NCBI GenBank assembly: GCA_964438735.1
Contig: CAYTLW010000029.1
Coordinates: 1,724-65,723 of the forward strand
Direction: 5' to 3'
From: an uncultured Enterobacteriaceae bacterium
GTDB taxonomy: Bacteria > Myxococcota_A > UBA9042
DNA: 64,000 nt
In this document: one piece after another, positions 18,197-31,409 of the stretch
Numbering within the stretch: the first letter of the stretch is position 1
Layout: the number at the start of each line of letters is the position of its first letter
Position numbers and translations under genes: made by a program
Notes under the pieces: generated by a model
Databases searched by the model: none
What the model saw: the letters and a program-made list of their open reading frames with translations, nothing else
What the model was told of the DNA's origin: nothing

Positions 18197-21100
18197 TCAG
18201 GGCTGCTGCGGCCGGTGGACCAGGTTGCGCGGCTTGCGCGGGCAGACCCAGACCCAGTTCGTCTGGCAGTCCTTGCTGCCGTCGAGGCTGTCGGTCTTGT
18301 AGCCGTTGCCGCCGTAGTAGGCCGGGTGCATGGGATCGGCCATCTGGTCGGCGGTGGCCTCCTTCCAGGGCTTGCGCATGAAGACGCAGTGGGCCTCCTT
18401 GGCGTTCGGCTTGGGCAGGGGTTGCGGGCCGCAGAACTGGGCCCCACCGGGCAGACCCCAGCCCACCTTGTCGGCCTCTTGTTTGTTGTTGGCGAACTTG
18501 CTCCCGTCGCCACGCACCAGCCGCAGACCGCCGCCGGAGGGGTCGAAGCCCCAGTCGAAGATCGACTCGGCCACCCACGTGGGGATAGGCAGGTTGACGT
18601 CGTATTTCGGCCCGGCGACGAGCACGTATTTTTTGGGCGGGATCACGCCGGATTGGCATTGCTGGTCGGCGATGCATGGTCGTGGCGACGGCTTGCCCGA
18701 CGCGTCCAGCTTGTAGCCACCGTCCGCGTCCCGTTCCAGGTCGTTCTGGCAGCGGCAGGGCTCGCCGGGTCCACCGCAGGCCTGCTTGGTGATCGTCTTG
18801 GTTTTGACGTCGTAGAACCTGCAGGCGTCTTCGAAGGGCAGGGTGCGCGTCTTCCAACCGCCGACACCGAAGAATTTGACCTGGAGCAGCATCCCCAGAA
18901 TGGACACCGGCGCGTGCCCGGGATTGTAGACCTCGACCCACTCGTTCTCCTTCTGGGGCAGGTTCTTGTAGGCGATTCCCGCCTTGTACTTCGCCGGCGG
19001 GCCGATGATCGAGTACTGGCTGATCAACACGGTCTTGTCGCACTTGCCGGTCTTGATATTGCACACGGCGCCGGCTTTGCACTTGCCGCCGCAGGTGGGG
19101 TCGACACAGGCGCCGCTGGGGCCTGCGAAGTTGCACACCGCCGGCGAGCTGCAGCCGCCACCGCAAGCGGGCGCGAAGGCGCCGCTGCGATTGGACCAGG
19201 GCCCGGCCTTGGCGACCAGCACGAAGTCCTTGATGGGGGAATCGGTGTCCACGGAATGGCCGGCCAGGAACTCGGCTCCGCCCGGCGCCATGGAGCTGCC
19301 CGTAGAACCGGGTTTGGCCTTGCGCACCAGGGTCATGCCCGGGTCGATGGTGCCGCCCTTGAAGGCACCGCTCTTGTACTCCTTGGTGGTGCCCCAGCCG
19401 ACCTTGTCCAACTCCACCTGCGTGCGCGGGTCGTAGAGATGGAGCGAGCCGCCGGCGGGGTCCAGGCCCATGGCGCTGTCCTTGAAGACCACGTCCACGC
19501 TACCGCGCTGACCAGCCCAGGACTGTGAACCCAGCACATAGAAGCGATTGGGCAGCAACATCGTCTTGGCGGGCACCTGGACGACGAACTTCCACGGATC
19601 GGGCCCGCCCGAGGCGGCCGGCTTGAACTGCAGCACGAAGCCGGTGATGTCGATGGGCTTCTTGCCCGCGTTCCACAACTCGACGAACTCAGCGCCGGCC
19701 TTGCCCTTGACGCCGAAGCCGACCTCGCTGATGACGACCTTCTCCTTGAAATCCGCCACGCAGATGCCAAATCCGCTCTGGCACGTCTTGCCGCTGCCGC
19801 AGCCGACGGCGCAGGTCTTGTCCAGCACGCAGGCGTCGGCGCCGGCGCCCTTGTAGTCGCAGACCTTCTGGGTGGAGCATTTGCCCTTGCAGGCCGGCTC
19901 GTAGATCTTGCCCAGGCTCAGGCCCTGCGGCTCCGGCGTCAGGCGGACGACGAAGTCACCGCTGTTGTTGTTGTTGTCCACGGCGTTGCCGGCGTACCAC
20001 TCGAGGCCACCTTCGGCCATGGTCTTGGCGGTGGAGGTCTTGGTCGCCTTGCGCTCGACCGAATTGGCCGAGAACCAGGGCTTGAGGGGCTGCCCCTCGG
20101 GGCTGACCACTTCCTTGCCCACGCCCCAGGTGACCACGTCGTGGCTCAGGGTGTGCGGCTTGTCGAAGATGCGCACCTGCATGCCCGAAGCGATCAGCTT
20201 GAAGTTCTTGATGTCGGTGGCGTCGGCCTGGATGCCGCCGGGCAGGGGTCCGATGTTGCCGACCAGCAGATAGCCGTAGTCGTGCAGGGTCACCGCCGGC
20301 AGCTTGATGAGCAGCTTCCAGTCGGCCACCTCCTTGCTCTCCTTGGGTCGCCACTGCAGCACGTAGTCGCCCAGCTTCGGCTTCTTCTGGCTGGGGTTGT
20401 AGATCTCGATGAAGTCATCGGAGTGGTCATCGGGATCGCCGACGTAGATCTCGCTGATCATCAGGTGCTGAATGCCCTTGAACTCGCAATAGGGGTCGGG
20501 CGGCTTGGTACAGGCGGCGAAATCGCCGCACGAGCTGGCCGCCGGATCGACCTCGTGTTTGCAGCCGGTCTTGGGGTCGCAGCTGTCCTTGGTACACAGA
20601 TTCTCGTCGTTACAATCCAGCGACTTGAGGCTGAAGCAGGTGCCCAGGTGGGGTTTGTCCTTGGAGAACGCGCAGGTGTCCTCGATGCTGCAGGCGTTGC
20701 CGTCGTCGCAGGGTTTGTTGTTGCCCTTGGTCTTGCAGCCCTCCAGCACCGCGCAGGAGTCGGTGGTGCAGACGTTGCCGTCGTCGCAGTTGACGTCCTT
20801 GGCTTTGTCATCGCTGCAGCCGCCGCCGCCGTTGCAGACGCTGCCTGTCTTGCACTTGTTGCCGCTGATGCAGGTGACCTCGGCGCTCAGGTAGACGAAC
20901 TCGCAGCTCTTGGTGGCCGCGCCCGGCAGGGGGGCGATGAATCCACCGGGTTTGCAGGTCTCCTTGGTGCAGGCGTTGCCGTCGTTGCAGGTGAACTTGT
21001 CGCCGGACTGGCACATGCCCTTGTCGTCGCAGAGATCCAGCTTGTGATCGCTTTTATCCTTGATCAGCTTGATGCCTTTGCCCGTGCCGGAGCCCGTGCA

Positions 21101-24100
21101 GTAGTCGCCATCGTTGCACTGCTCGCCCTTGAGCGCCTGGTGGAAACAGCCGAGCTTGGCGTCGCAGCCATCGAAGGTGCAGGAGTTGCCGTCGTTGCAA
21201 TCCTTGACCCCCTTGCCAGGTTCGCAGGTGCCGCCCTTGCAGCCGCCCTCGGCGTTGCAGACGTCGCCATCGTCGCAGGGTTTGCCGTCCATCGCCTTGG
21301 CGTCGAAGACGCAACCGGAGGGCTTGAAGGGGTCGCAGCTGTCGTCGGTACAGGCGTTGAAATCGTTGCAGACCTTGTCCTTCGTAGCGCACTTGCCGTC
21401 GGTGCAGATGTCCGGCGTGGTGCACGGGTTGGCGTCGTTGCAGGTGACCTCGTTCTTGAGCCATTTCTGCACGCACTTGCCCTTTTTGCCGTCGCAGAAT
21501 GTGAACGCGCAGTCGTTATCGGGCGTCCAGATGCCGCCGTTGGCCGCCTCGCAGTCGAACTTGTTGGTCTTGGCCGGTGAGTTGCAGACGCCGGCGCCGC
21601 ACTTGATGATCGAGGCCGGGTCGAAGTGGCACTGGTTGATGTCCTGGTTGCACTTGTAGGTGCCCTGGCAGAGGTTGCCGATATTCAGGTAGGCGCACTC
21701 CTTATCGGTGAAACACTGGCATTTATTGGCCCCGGGCCAGCACTTGCCATCGACGCATTTATCGTCGGTGGTGCAGGGGTTGTCGTCGTTGCAGGGATTG
21801 GAGTTGTTGAAGTTGGTGCAACCAAACTTGGGGTGGCAGGCGTCGGTCGTGCAGAAGTTGCCGTCATTGCATCCATTCTTCTTGCCCTTGCAGGTCAGCT
21901 TCTTGCCCCCGGGCGCGCACTTATCTTCCAGCGAACAGGCGTTGCCATCGTCGCAGAGCGCGCCCTCGTTCTTCCACGTGATCTTGCACTTGCCGGTGGC
22001 GTCATCGCAGGCGTTGACCGCGCAGGGCCCTTCGGCGTTCTCATTACAGACCACCAGCGTCTTGGGGTCGACCTTGCACTTGTTGGCGACCAGGTCGCAT
22101 TTGTAGGTGCCGGTACACTTGTTGAGACCCTTGCCCGCGCAGTCGCCATCATTCTTGCATTCGCAGGAGTTGACGCCGACGCATTGGCCGTCTTCGCAGG
22201 CGTCCAATCCGCCGGGGTTGGTGCAGGCGTCGCCGTCGTCGCAAGGCTTCTTCTTGCCCAGGGGCAGTGTGGCCGGGGCGAAGAGGCAGCCCTTCTTCTT
22301 GTGGCAGACGTCCACCGTGCAGGGGTTCTTGTCATCGCAGCTGATGAGATCACCATCGCATAGCCCGCCCCAGCATTGGTCGGCCTTGGTGCACGCGTTG
22401 CCGTCCACGCAGGGCGTGCCGCTGACCTTCAGCTTCATCTCGCAGGCGCCGCTGGAGGCGAAACACATGGACTTGCGGCAGGCGTTGTTCTCCTGCCAGG
22501 TGCCCTTGGCTTTTTCGCACGCGCCGGCGTTCTTGACGGGCGACTTGGTCAGCGGGTCATGGCACTTCTTGGTGCCCGGGATCCAGATCTTGCCGGCCTT
22601 CTCACAGGCCAGGGCGGACTTCTCCTTGGTCGAGATGCAGACGCCCTTGCCGCAGGTCACCGCGGTGCCTTCGGCCACCACGCAGGAGCCCGCCTTGCAG
22701 GCCAGGGTGCCATTGCACAGGTCGCCGTCGTCGAACTTGTTGCAGCTCTTGGGGTCCTTCTCGTCGCAGTCGCAGGCGTTTTCGCCGCCCTTGCAGGTGC
22801 CGCCGGCGCAGCTGTCGCCGACGGTGCAATCCTCGCCGTCGTCGCAGGCGACGTTGACCGCGTCGTTATGTTTGCAGCCGGTCAGGATGTCGCAGGTGTC
22901 GATGGTGCACGGGTTGTCATCCTGGCAGGGCGCGTCGTAGCCGAGGCAGGCGCCATCGATGCAGAGGTCGTCGACGGTGCAGGGGTTGTTGTCATCGCAT
23001 GGGTCGGCGAGCTTGGGCAGGGCCTCGCAGACCTGGTCCTTCTTGTTGCAGACCCAGGCCACGTCGCACTGACCCAGCTTGAGCTTGCTGCAGTCGGCGT
23101 TGGTCTTGCAGCTGTCGTCGATGCTCTTGCAATCCTTGGTGCACTTGGTGCCCGGCGCGCCGTTTTTGGAGATGCCGGTCGCCGGATCGGTACCCAGGTC
23201 GCACTCCTCCTTGCCCGCCTTGTTCACCTTGCCGTCGCCGCACTTCGGCAACGCGCAGGCGCCGATGCCCTTGGCGTCGAGCACGCAGACCTTGCCGTCC
23301 TTGGTGCAGTCCTTGCCGGTCGAGGTGGGGTACTTCTTGGTGCCATCCTTGGTGCATTTGACCACCACGTCGCCGGCGGTGGAGTGGGTCGCCGAGTCGT
23401 ATTTGCCCGAACAGGTGTCCTTGGATGGTACGCAGGCCAGGTCCACGCACGAGGCCAGCTTGTCACCGTCAAAATCGATCATCTGGCAGACCTGGGTCTT
23501 GGCGCAGGGCAGGAACTCCTCCCACTCGCTCAGGTCGTCGGCGCACTTCCAGCCGACCTTGCCGACGCACTTCTGGGCATCCTTGGGGCAGGCCTGGTCG
23601 GCCTTGCACTCGCCCTTGTCGCAGACGCCCGGGCCACAGTCGGTGCCGCCGGCTTTGTAGCCGTCGCCGGCCGCGTTGCAGACCACCGCCTTGTTGCCGT
23701 CGCAGAGTTTGGCGTCGGCGGTGCAGCTGATGACGGCCACGTCCGGGCTCTCGGCGTCGCCGCCGTCATCGCCCGCGTCGCCCTCGACGTCGCCTTCGCT
23801 ATCGCCGCCGCCGCCATCGGTGGTGCTTGTATCGGCCGTATCGGCCACAACATCAGCAGCTGTGTCTTTTGTGGTCCCACCATCCTTCTTGCCGGTGTCG
23901 GTCTTGGGTTTGCCGGCGTCCTTGCCGGCGTCCTTCTTCTTGCCGGTGTCGAAGCCACCCAGACCGGTGTCGATCTTGATGTCCTTCTTTTCTGCGTCGG
24001 GCTCGGTGTCCTCCTCGTCCGGTTCATCGGGTAGGACGGGCGGTGGCGGCGTGCAGGCCATCACCAGGGCGCCGCCCAGCAGGGAGGCGATCAGCAACCG

Positions 24101-24160
24101 TCCCAGGCGCACGCCAGCGGCGGGTGCGGAGGGAGCGGGTGGGGGCGGGGTACATCTCAT
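18197..24160 (-). CDS. Giant secreted lipoprotein (1987 aa): acidic low-complexity N-terminus, many Myxococcus-type cysteine-rich repeats (CxDxNxCTxDxC), and three C-terminal lamin-tail domains (LTD)
   Basis: Signal/lipobox LLGGALVMAC. Dozens of CDDGNACT/CNDDNPCT repeats. Three LTD motifs: LMISEIYVGD...DFIEIYNPS, VVISEVGFG...AEFVELWNAG, VLISQY...EWVEVYNPG. Confidence 0.8.
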   Translation of the reverse strand: MRCTPPPPAPSAPAAGVRLGRLLIASLLGGALVMACTPPPPVLPDEPDEEDTEPDAEKKDIKIDTGLGGFDTGKKKDAGKDAGKPKTDTGKKDGGTTKDTAADVVADTADTSTTDGGGGDSEGDVEGDAGDDGGDAESPDVAVISCTADAKLCDGNKAVVCNAAGDGYKAGGTDCGPGVCDKGECKADQACPKDAQKCVGKVGWKCADDLSEWEEFLPCAKTQVCQMIDFDGDKLASCVDLACVPSKDTCSGKYDSATHSTAGDVVVKCTKDGTKKYPTSTGKDCTKDGKVCVLDAKGIGACALPKCGDGKVNKAGKEECDLGTDPATGISKNGAPGTKCTKDCKSIDDSCKTNADCSKLKLGQCDVAWVCNKKDQVCEALPKLADPCDDNNPCTVDDLCIDGACLGYDAPCQDDNPCTIDTCDILTGCKHNDAVNVACDDGEDCTVGDSCAGGTCKGGENACDCDEKDPKSCNKFDDGDLCNGTLACKAGSCVVAEGTAVTCGKGVCISTKEKSALACEKAGKIWIPGTKKCHDPLTKSPVKNAGACEKAKGTWQENNACRKSMCFASSGACEMKLKVSGTPCVDGNACTKADQCWGGLCDGDLISCDDKNPCTVDVCHKKKGCLFAPATLPLGKKKPCDDGDACTNPGGLDACEDGQCVGVNSCECKNDGDCAGKGLNKCTGTYKCDLVANKCKVDPKTLVVCNENAEGPCAVNACDDATGKCKITWKNEGALCDDGNACSLEDKCAPGGKKLTCKGKKNGCNDGNFCTTDACHPKFGCTNFNNSNPCNDDNPCTTDDKCVDGKCWPGANKCQCFTDKECAYLNIGNLCQGTYKCNQDINQCHFDPASIIKCGAGVCNSPAKTNKFDCEAANGGIWTPDNDCAFTFCDGKKGKCVQKWLKNEVTCNDANPCTTPDICTDGKCATKDKVCNDFNACTDDSCDPFKPSGCVFDAKAMDGKPCDDGDVCNAEGGCKGGTCEPGKGVKDCNDGNSCTFDGCDAKLGCFHQALKGEQCNDGDYCTGSGTGKGIKLIKDKSDHKLDLCDDKGMCQSGDKFTCNDGNACTKETCKPGGFIAPLPGAATKSCEFVYLSAEVTCISGNKCKTGSVCNGGGGCSDDKAKDVNCDDGNVCTTDSCAVLEGCKTKGNNKPCDDGNACSIEDTCAFSKDKPHLGTCFSLKSLDCNDENLCTKDSCDPKTGCKHEVDPAASSCGDFAACTKPPDPYCEFKGIQHLMISEIYVGDPDDHSDDFIEIYNPSQKKPKLGDYVLQWRPKESKEVADWKLLIKLPAVTLHDYGYLLVGNIGPLPGGIQADATDIKNFKLIASGMQVRIFDKPHTLSHDVVTWGVGKEVVSPEGQPLKPWFSANSVERKATKTSTAKTMAEGGLEWYAGNAVDNNNNSGDFVVRLTPEPQGLSLGKIYEPACKGKCSTQKVCDYKGAGADACVLDKTCAVGCGSGKTCQSGFGICVADFKEKVVISEVGFGVKGKAGAEFVELWNAGKKPIDITGFVLQFKPAASGGPDPWKFVVQVPAKTMLLPNRFYVLGSQSWAGQRGSVDVVFKDSAMGLDPAGGSLHLYDPRTQVELDKVGWGTTKEYKSGAFKGGTIDPGMTLVRKAKPGSTGSSMAPGGAEFLAGHSVDTDSPIKDFVLVAKAGPWSNRSGAFAPACGGGCSSPAVCNFAGPSGACVDPTCGGKCKAGAVCNIKTGKCDKTVLISQYSIIGPPAKYKAGIAYKNLPQKENEWVEVYNPGHAPVSILGMLLQVKFFGVGGWKTRTLPFEDACRFYDVKTKTITKQACGGPGEPCRCQNDLERDADGGYKLDASGKPSPRPCIADQQCQSGVIPPKKYVLVAGPKYDVNLPIPTWVAESIFDWGFDPSGGGLRLVRGDGSKFANNKQEADKVGWGLPGGAQFCGPQPLPKPNAKEAHCVFMRKPWKEATADQMADPMHPAYYGGNGYKTDSLDGSKDCQTNWVWVCPRKPRNLVHRPQQP

Positions 24161-24268
24161 GTGTCGCTCTCGTCGGGCTCGGGCTCTGCGTCAAGGTACC
24201 GGGAAGGGGCGTGCGGTCGCAACATGGGGCGGGGTCGCGCGCGCGAGCCGCGGCGCTCGATGTCGGCG

Positions 24269-25021
24269 CTAGAAAGACTCTGAACGGCGTAGGAAGCGCC
24301 AGCGACCGGCAGGCAGATCGGACAACTCGAGGTTGCCGATCCGATCGCGATGCAGGGTTCTCACACGCAACCCGACCAGGTCGCACATGCGGCGGATCTG
24401 GCGCTTGCGCCCCTGCCGCAGCACGAAGCGGAGTTCGCCCCTTCCGATCACCTCGACCCGGGCCCTGCGCAGCTGCACACCATCCAGCTGCAGGCCGTGT
24501 CTCAGCAACCCAAGTGTGCGCTCGTCCAGGCGGCCGTGAACGGACACCTGGTAGGCCTTGTCCACCTCGCCATGGCCGCCCACCAGACGACGGGCGACGC
24601 GGCCATCCTGGGTCAGCACCAGCAGTCCGCTGCTGTCCAGGTCCAGGCGGCCAGCAGGCGCCAGCCCCTGCCACCACCGGCGCGGCCAGTCATCGTCTCC
24701 CCAAGGCGTCCAGCCAGGCGCAGCCAGACGATCACGGGTGATCAGGTCCAGGGCGGGCCGATGGCCATCTTCGGCCTGACCGCTGACCCAGCCCACCGGC
24801 TTGTGCAGCAGGACGGTCAGGCGGGCCTGCTGCCGATCATCGGCCGCGGAGGCGAGCTCGATTCGCTGCTCTGGCTGCACCCGCAGGCCCAAAACATCCA
24901 CCGGCTGGCCGTCGACCAGGACCTGCCCGGCGGCGATATAGCCGTCGGCCTCGCGCCGCGAGCAGAGGCCCAACTGGGCCATGCGCTTGTTGAGCCGGAT
25001 GCCCCTGGAATCGTCCACCAT
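24269..25021 (-). CDS. RsuA/RluB-family pseudouridine synthase with S4 domain
   Basis: S4 region [22 protein letters not shown]. Catalytic region [12 protein letters not shown]...[17 protein letters not shown] with the conserved Asp. Confidence 0.8.
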   Translation of the reverse strand: MVDDSRGIRLNKRMAQLGLCSRREADGYIAAGQVLVDGQPVDVLGLRVQPEQRIELASAADDRQQARLTVLLHKPVGWVSGQAEDGHRPALDLITRDRLAAPGWTPWGDDDWPRRWWQGLAPAGRLDLDSSGLLVLTQDGRVARRLVGGHGEVDKAYQVSVHGRLDERTLGLLRHGLQLDGVQLRRARVEVIGRGELRFVLRQGRKRQIRRMCDLVGLRVRTLHRDRIGNLELSDLPAGRWRFLRRSESF

Positions 25022-25207
25022 CGTTCGTCGCTCCACGCGGAGTCGCCCGTCGCCACGCTGCACACGCAGGGCGGCATCCACGCTGCCCTTTTGCCTTGCG
25101 CGGGCGCCAGCCGCAACCTACATTGCAGCGCCCCGAGGTATGGCCGAAGGCGCGACGAGACGCAGATCCGTCGTCCGGTCACAACCGGTTTCGTTGGAAG
25201 GCACCCC

Positions 25208-28072
<2,865 letters not shown>

Positions 28073-28263
28073 GACTGGTCGAAGTCCGCGCTGAAGTCGG
28101 CTGACGTCCACGCCGAAGCCGGCGGATTCGCCCCACCACCAGCGCCGCCGGATCGCGCACCGAAACCCCCTCTTGATCCTTGCCATTGCGCGATTGCGCG
28201 CGATGCATTGAAATGTCAGATGGGAGTCGTGCATCTACGTGCGGCTCGCGACGGCGGTGATTC

Positions 28264-30063
28264 GTGGTCCAGGTCTTTGGCAATCGCTACGAAGTGGTCG
28301 AGCAGGTCGGCACTGGCGGCATGGCCACGGTCTACCTGGGGCGCGACTCCGTGCTCAAGCGCGATGTCGCGATCAAGGTACTCCACCCGCACCTGGCCGG
28401 GCGCGATGACGCCCGCCGACGCTTCAATCGCGAGGCCCAGGCCATCGCACGCCTGCATCACACCAACATCGTGGACGTCTTCGACTTCTCCGGTGGCGAG
28501 GATGACGAAGCCTTCCTGGTCACCGAGTTCGTCCAGGGCGAGACGCTGACCGGCTTCTGCAAGACCCACGGCCCCTTCCTGCCCCAATCCGCGGCGTTGA
28601 TCGGCTATGCCGTCGCCGGTGCGCTGGCCCATGCCCACGCCACCGGCGTCATCCATCGCGACATCAAGCCCGACAACCTGATGATCTCCAAGGGTGGCAA
28701 GATCAAGCTGATGGACTTCGGCATCGCCACCGCCATCGACCTGGAGCAGATGACGGCCACGGGCGCGATCCTCGGTTCGCCGGCTCACATGGCGCCCGAG
28801 CAGATCGACGGCCAGGACATCGACGCCCGGGTGGACGTCTTCGCCTTCGGCACCCTGCTCTACTACCTGGTCACCGGCAGGCTGCCCTTCATGGCCAGCA
28901 ATCCGCACGCCCTGTTCCGCCTCATCTTGGAGTGCCGCTACGAAGATGCCGGCCAGCACAACCCGGCCGTGGGACGGCGCTTCGAAGAGATCATCAGCAC
29001 CTGTCTGACCCGCGACCGCGAGCAGCGATTCAGCAGCATGGCGGCGGTTCAGGACGCCCTGGAGGCCTACCTGCGCGAGCACCGGATGAACGATCCGGAC
29101 AAGCTGCTGCGACGCCTGCTGACCGCGCCCGAGCAATTCCAGCTGGAATGGCGCCCAGTGCTGGTACAGGTGCTCTGCGCCAAGGGTCGCAACGAGGCCC
29201 GCCAGGGCTCGCTCGCGCTGGCCATCGACGCCTACAACCGCGCCCTGGCCATCGACAACAACGCGGTCGAGCCGCGCCGCGGTCTCAACGACCTGACCTC
29301 GCGCAGCCGACGCAGGCGGCGGGTCCGTGGCCTGGCTGCGGCCCTGGCGCTGACCATCGTCGGCGTGGGTTTGTACAAGGGCGTCGAGGCGCTGGCCGAA
29401 CAGCGGGCGGCTGCGCCTGTCGAGGTGCAGGTGGATCGCCCGGCGACGGCCGTGGACGCGCCGCCTTTGCCGCCGGCGATGGATCCCCGGGTGGTGACTC
29501 AGGCTGCGCAGCCGAAGCTGCAGGCCGCTGGACCAGTGGTCGCAGGCGCGCCCGATGCGAATCCTGTGGCCGCCACGGGGTCAGCCGCCACCGCGGCGCA
29601 GCCCACCGTCGCTGAAGCGAAACCGGTGCCCGCTCCACCGGCTGCCGAACCCGCCGCGGCCAGTGTGCGCATCCGACGGCGGGCGCCGCGCAACAAGCTC
29701 GCCGCCGCCGCTGGACCCGCTTCGGACGGACCGCGCAGCGCCGGCCCCAAAGAGGTGGAACCGCCCGCACCCAAGGGCGGGCTGATAGACGTGGCATTGG
29801 GCAGCAATCCGCCCAACGCCCTGCTCTATCTCGACGGCCAACTGATCAGCACCAGCGGCTACAAACGCCGGCCGCTGCGGACCGGCAGCAGCCATGTCTT
29901 GAAGTGCAAGGCCAACGACGCGGCGTGCCCGGGCTGCAATGCCGAGGAACGTCGATTCAAGGTCCCAGACAAGCCGCCGACAACCGGCGTCTTGACCATC
30001 AAGTGCGACTTCAGCGCCCAACGCAAGGCCCTCGGCCTCGGCGGCGGCCTGCCGACGCGCTGA
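28264..30063 (+). CDS. Ser/Thr protein kinase with Pro/Ala-rich linker and C-terminal PEGA-like domain
   Basis: GTG start. Hanks motifs GTGGMATVY, HRDIKPDNLMI, DFGIA, APEQ. C-terminal VALGSNPPNALLYLDGQLISTSGYKRRPLRTGSSHVLKCK resembles a PEGA domain. Confidence 0.85.
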   Translation: MVQVFGNRYEVVEQVGTGGMATVYLGRDSVLKRDVAIKVLHPHLAGRDDARRRFNREAQAIARLHHTNIVDVFDFSGGEDDEAFLVTEFVQGETLTGFCKTHGPFLPQSAALIGYAVAGALAHAHATGVIHRDIKPDNLMISKGGKIKLMDFGIATAIDLEQMTATGAILGSPAHMAPEQIDGQDIDARVDVFAFGTLLYYLVTGRLPFMASNPHALFRLILECRYEDAGQHNPAVGRRFEEIISTCLTRDREQRFSSMAAVQDALEAYLREHRMNDPDKLLRRLLTAPEQFQLEWRPVLVQVLCAKGRNEARQGSLALAIDAYNRALAIDNNAVEPRRGLNDLTSRSRRRRRVRGLAAALALTIVGVGLYKGVEALAEQRAAAPVEVQVDRPATAVDAPPLPPAMDPRVVTQAAQPKLQAAGPVVAGAPDANPVAATGSAATAAQPTVAEAKPVPAPPAAEPAAASVRIRRRAPRNKLAAAAGPASDGPRSAGPKEVEPPAPKGGLIDVALGSNPPNALLYLDGQLISTSGYKRRPLRTGSSHVLKCKANDAACPGCNAEERRFKVPDKPPTTGVLTIKCDFSAQRKALGLGGGLPTR

Positions 30064-30101
30064 TCCCCCTGTCCGCCCGGCCCGGGCAACCTGGACGCTA
30101 C

Positions 30102-30584
30102 ATGACAGACACGGCGCGTGACGCGCTCAACCGGGCCGCGGCCCTGCCCCGACCCGAAGACGTCGACACTCGCGAGACGTCCGTAATGATCACCCTGGAC
30201 TGCCTGCTGCACGCCATCCTGCATGGCGATGTGCCGACCTACACGTCCATGACTGCTACCGATGTCAGCGTCTACGAGTGGTACATCCAGGCTGGCCGGA
30301 TCGAGGGTCGGCGACTGCACGAGGAGTTGATCGCCGATCGCGTGCCGCCCGAGGAGCTGCAGTGGTCTGTGGAGGACGTACAGATTCGCTTCGCCGGTGA
30401 CGCGGCGGTGGTCAGCTATACGTTGCGCATCCGTGGCTTCGACGAAGGCGTCGAGTTGCTGTCGGTGTCGGACGAGACCCGCGTATTCGACCAGAGCAAC
30501 GTGGGCTGGCAGTGCGTACACGTGCATAAGTCGCCGCACGGCTCCGAAGACGAGGACGATTCGGTCGAAGACATGGACATCTGA
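30102..30584 (+). CDS. NTF2-like (SnoaL/DUF4440-type) small protein with acidic tail
   Basis: Internal ATG MTDTARDAL. Alpha+beta cone-fold signature (ITLDCLLHAILHGDV...YEWY...VHVHKS). Confidence 0.5.
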   Translation: MTDTARDALNRAAALPRPEDVDTRETSVMITLDCLLHAILHGDVPTYTSMTATDVSVYEWYIQAGRIEGRRLHEELIADRVPPEELQWSVEDVQIRFAGDAAVVSYTLRIRGFDEGVELLSVSDETRVFDQSNVGWQCVHVHKSPHGSEDEDDSVEDMDI

Positions 30585-30646
30585 CGCCCTGATGGGGTAT
30601 CTGGCCCGGTCCGCCGCGTCGCGTTCAGGGCGCGTCTGGAGACCCT

Positions 30647-31399
30647 ATGCCCGTGCGTACCATCATCCGCGAGTTGTTCTCCGACAACGCGGAGTACTGC
30701 GCGCGCGGGCTTCGCCGCTTGACTCGCACACTTGGCAACGACTCCGAGACGGGCAAGCCGGCAGAGGACCGCGATGAGAAGCGAGAGACGCTCACCGAAA
30801 AGGGCTGCGAGGCAAGACTTCTGGCGCTCACCGGGTCGGACGACGAGGCGCTTCGCGAGTTGGCGGCGGACGCGCTCGGCAGTTGGCGCGGCGATGCGGC
30901 GTTCGAGGCACTGGTTGGCCTGATCGACGATCCCATCAAGCAGGTCCGAGCATCTGCTGTGGGCGCGCTCGAGGGCTGGCCGGAGAGCGAACTGGCCTAC
31001 GAACTGTTACTTGGCGCCATGGATGACTCCGACTGGCTGGTGCGCATGCGCGCGTCGGCGGCGCTGACCGTATTTGACGGCGCCGACGCAGAGCAGGTGC
31101 TGATCGCGGCGCTGATGGATCCGGATTCCTTCGTGCGCAACAACGCCGCGGACGCGCTTCGTCATCGCAATCCGGAGCGGATCCTGCCCGGCTTGCGGCG
31201 GGTCTTCGACCATCCAACGACGGAACACCTGGACGCCGCCTTCGACTTGTTTGGCGACGTGGGAGTGGCCGAGGACGCCGCCTTCCTGCGCAAGGTGGGC
31301 GCCTGGACCAACCTGTCGCAACCGGGCCCGGTCAAGCAGCGGGCGCGCAAGGCGGCCAAGCGGATCCGGGCGCGCCTGGCCGGCAAGGCGGGGGGCTGA
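30647..31399 (+). CDS. HEAT/PBS-lyase repeat protein
   Basis: Repeated xxVRxxAxxALG motifs (VRASAVGALEG, VRMRASAALT, VRNNAADALR). Confidence 0.65.
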   Translation: MPVRTIIRELFSDNAEYCARGLRRLTRTLGNDSETGKPAEDRDEKRETLTEKGCEARLLALTGSDDEALRELAADALGSWRGDAAFEALVGLIDDPIKQVRASAVGALEGWPESELAYELLLGAMDDSDWLVRMRASAALTVFDGADAEQVLIAALMDPDSFVRNNAADALRHRNPERILPGLRRVFDHPTTEHLDAAFDLFGDVGVAEDAAFLRKVGAWTNLSQPGPVKQRARKAAKRIRARLAGKAGG

Positions 31400-31409
31400 C
31401 GGGTCGGCC

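Noticed and set aside
17000-19528. 842-aa plus-strand ORF spanning the ABC-F and giant lipoprotein genes in antisense
   Set aside because: It crosses a gene boundary on the opposite strand, the composition is Gly/Ala/Arg-rich, and both sense genes have unambiguous conserved motifs.
20141-24034. Multiple 250-550-aa plus-strand ORFs (for example 20141..21580, 22376..24034) antisense to the giant Cys-rich gene
   Set aside because: They are Ala/Gly/Val-rich repetitive translations mirroring the repeat structure of the sense gene. There is no independent evidence for them.
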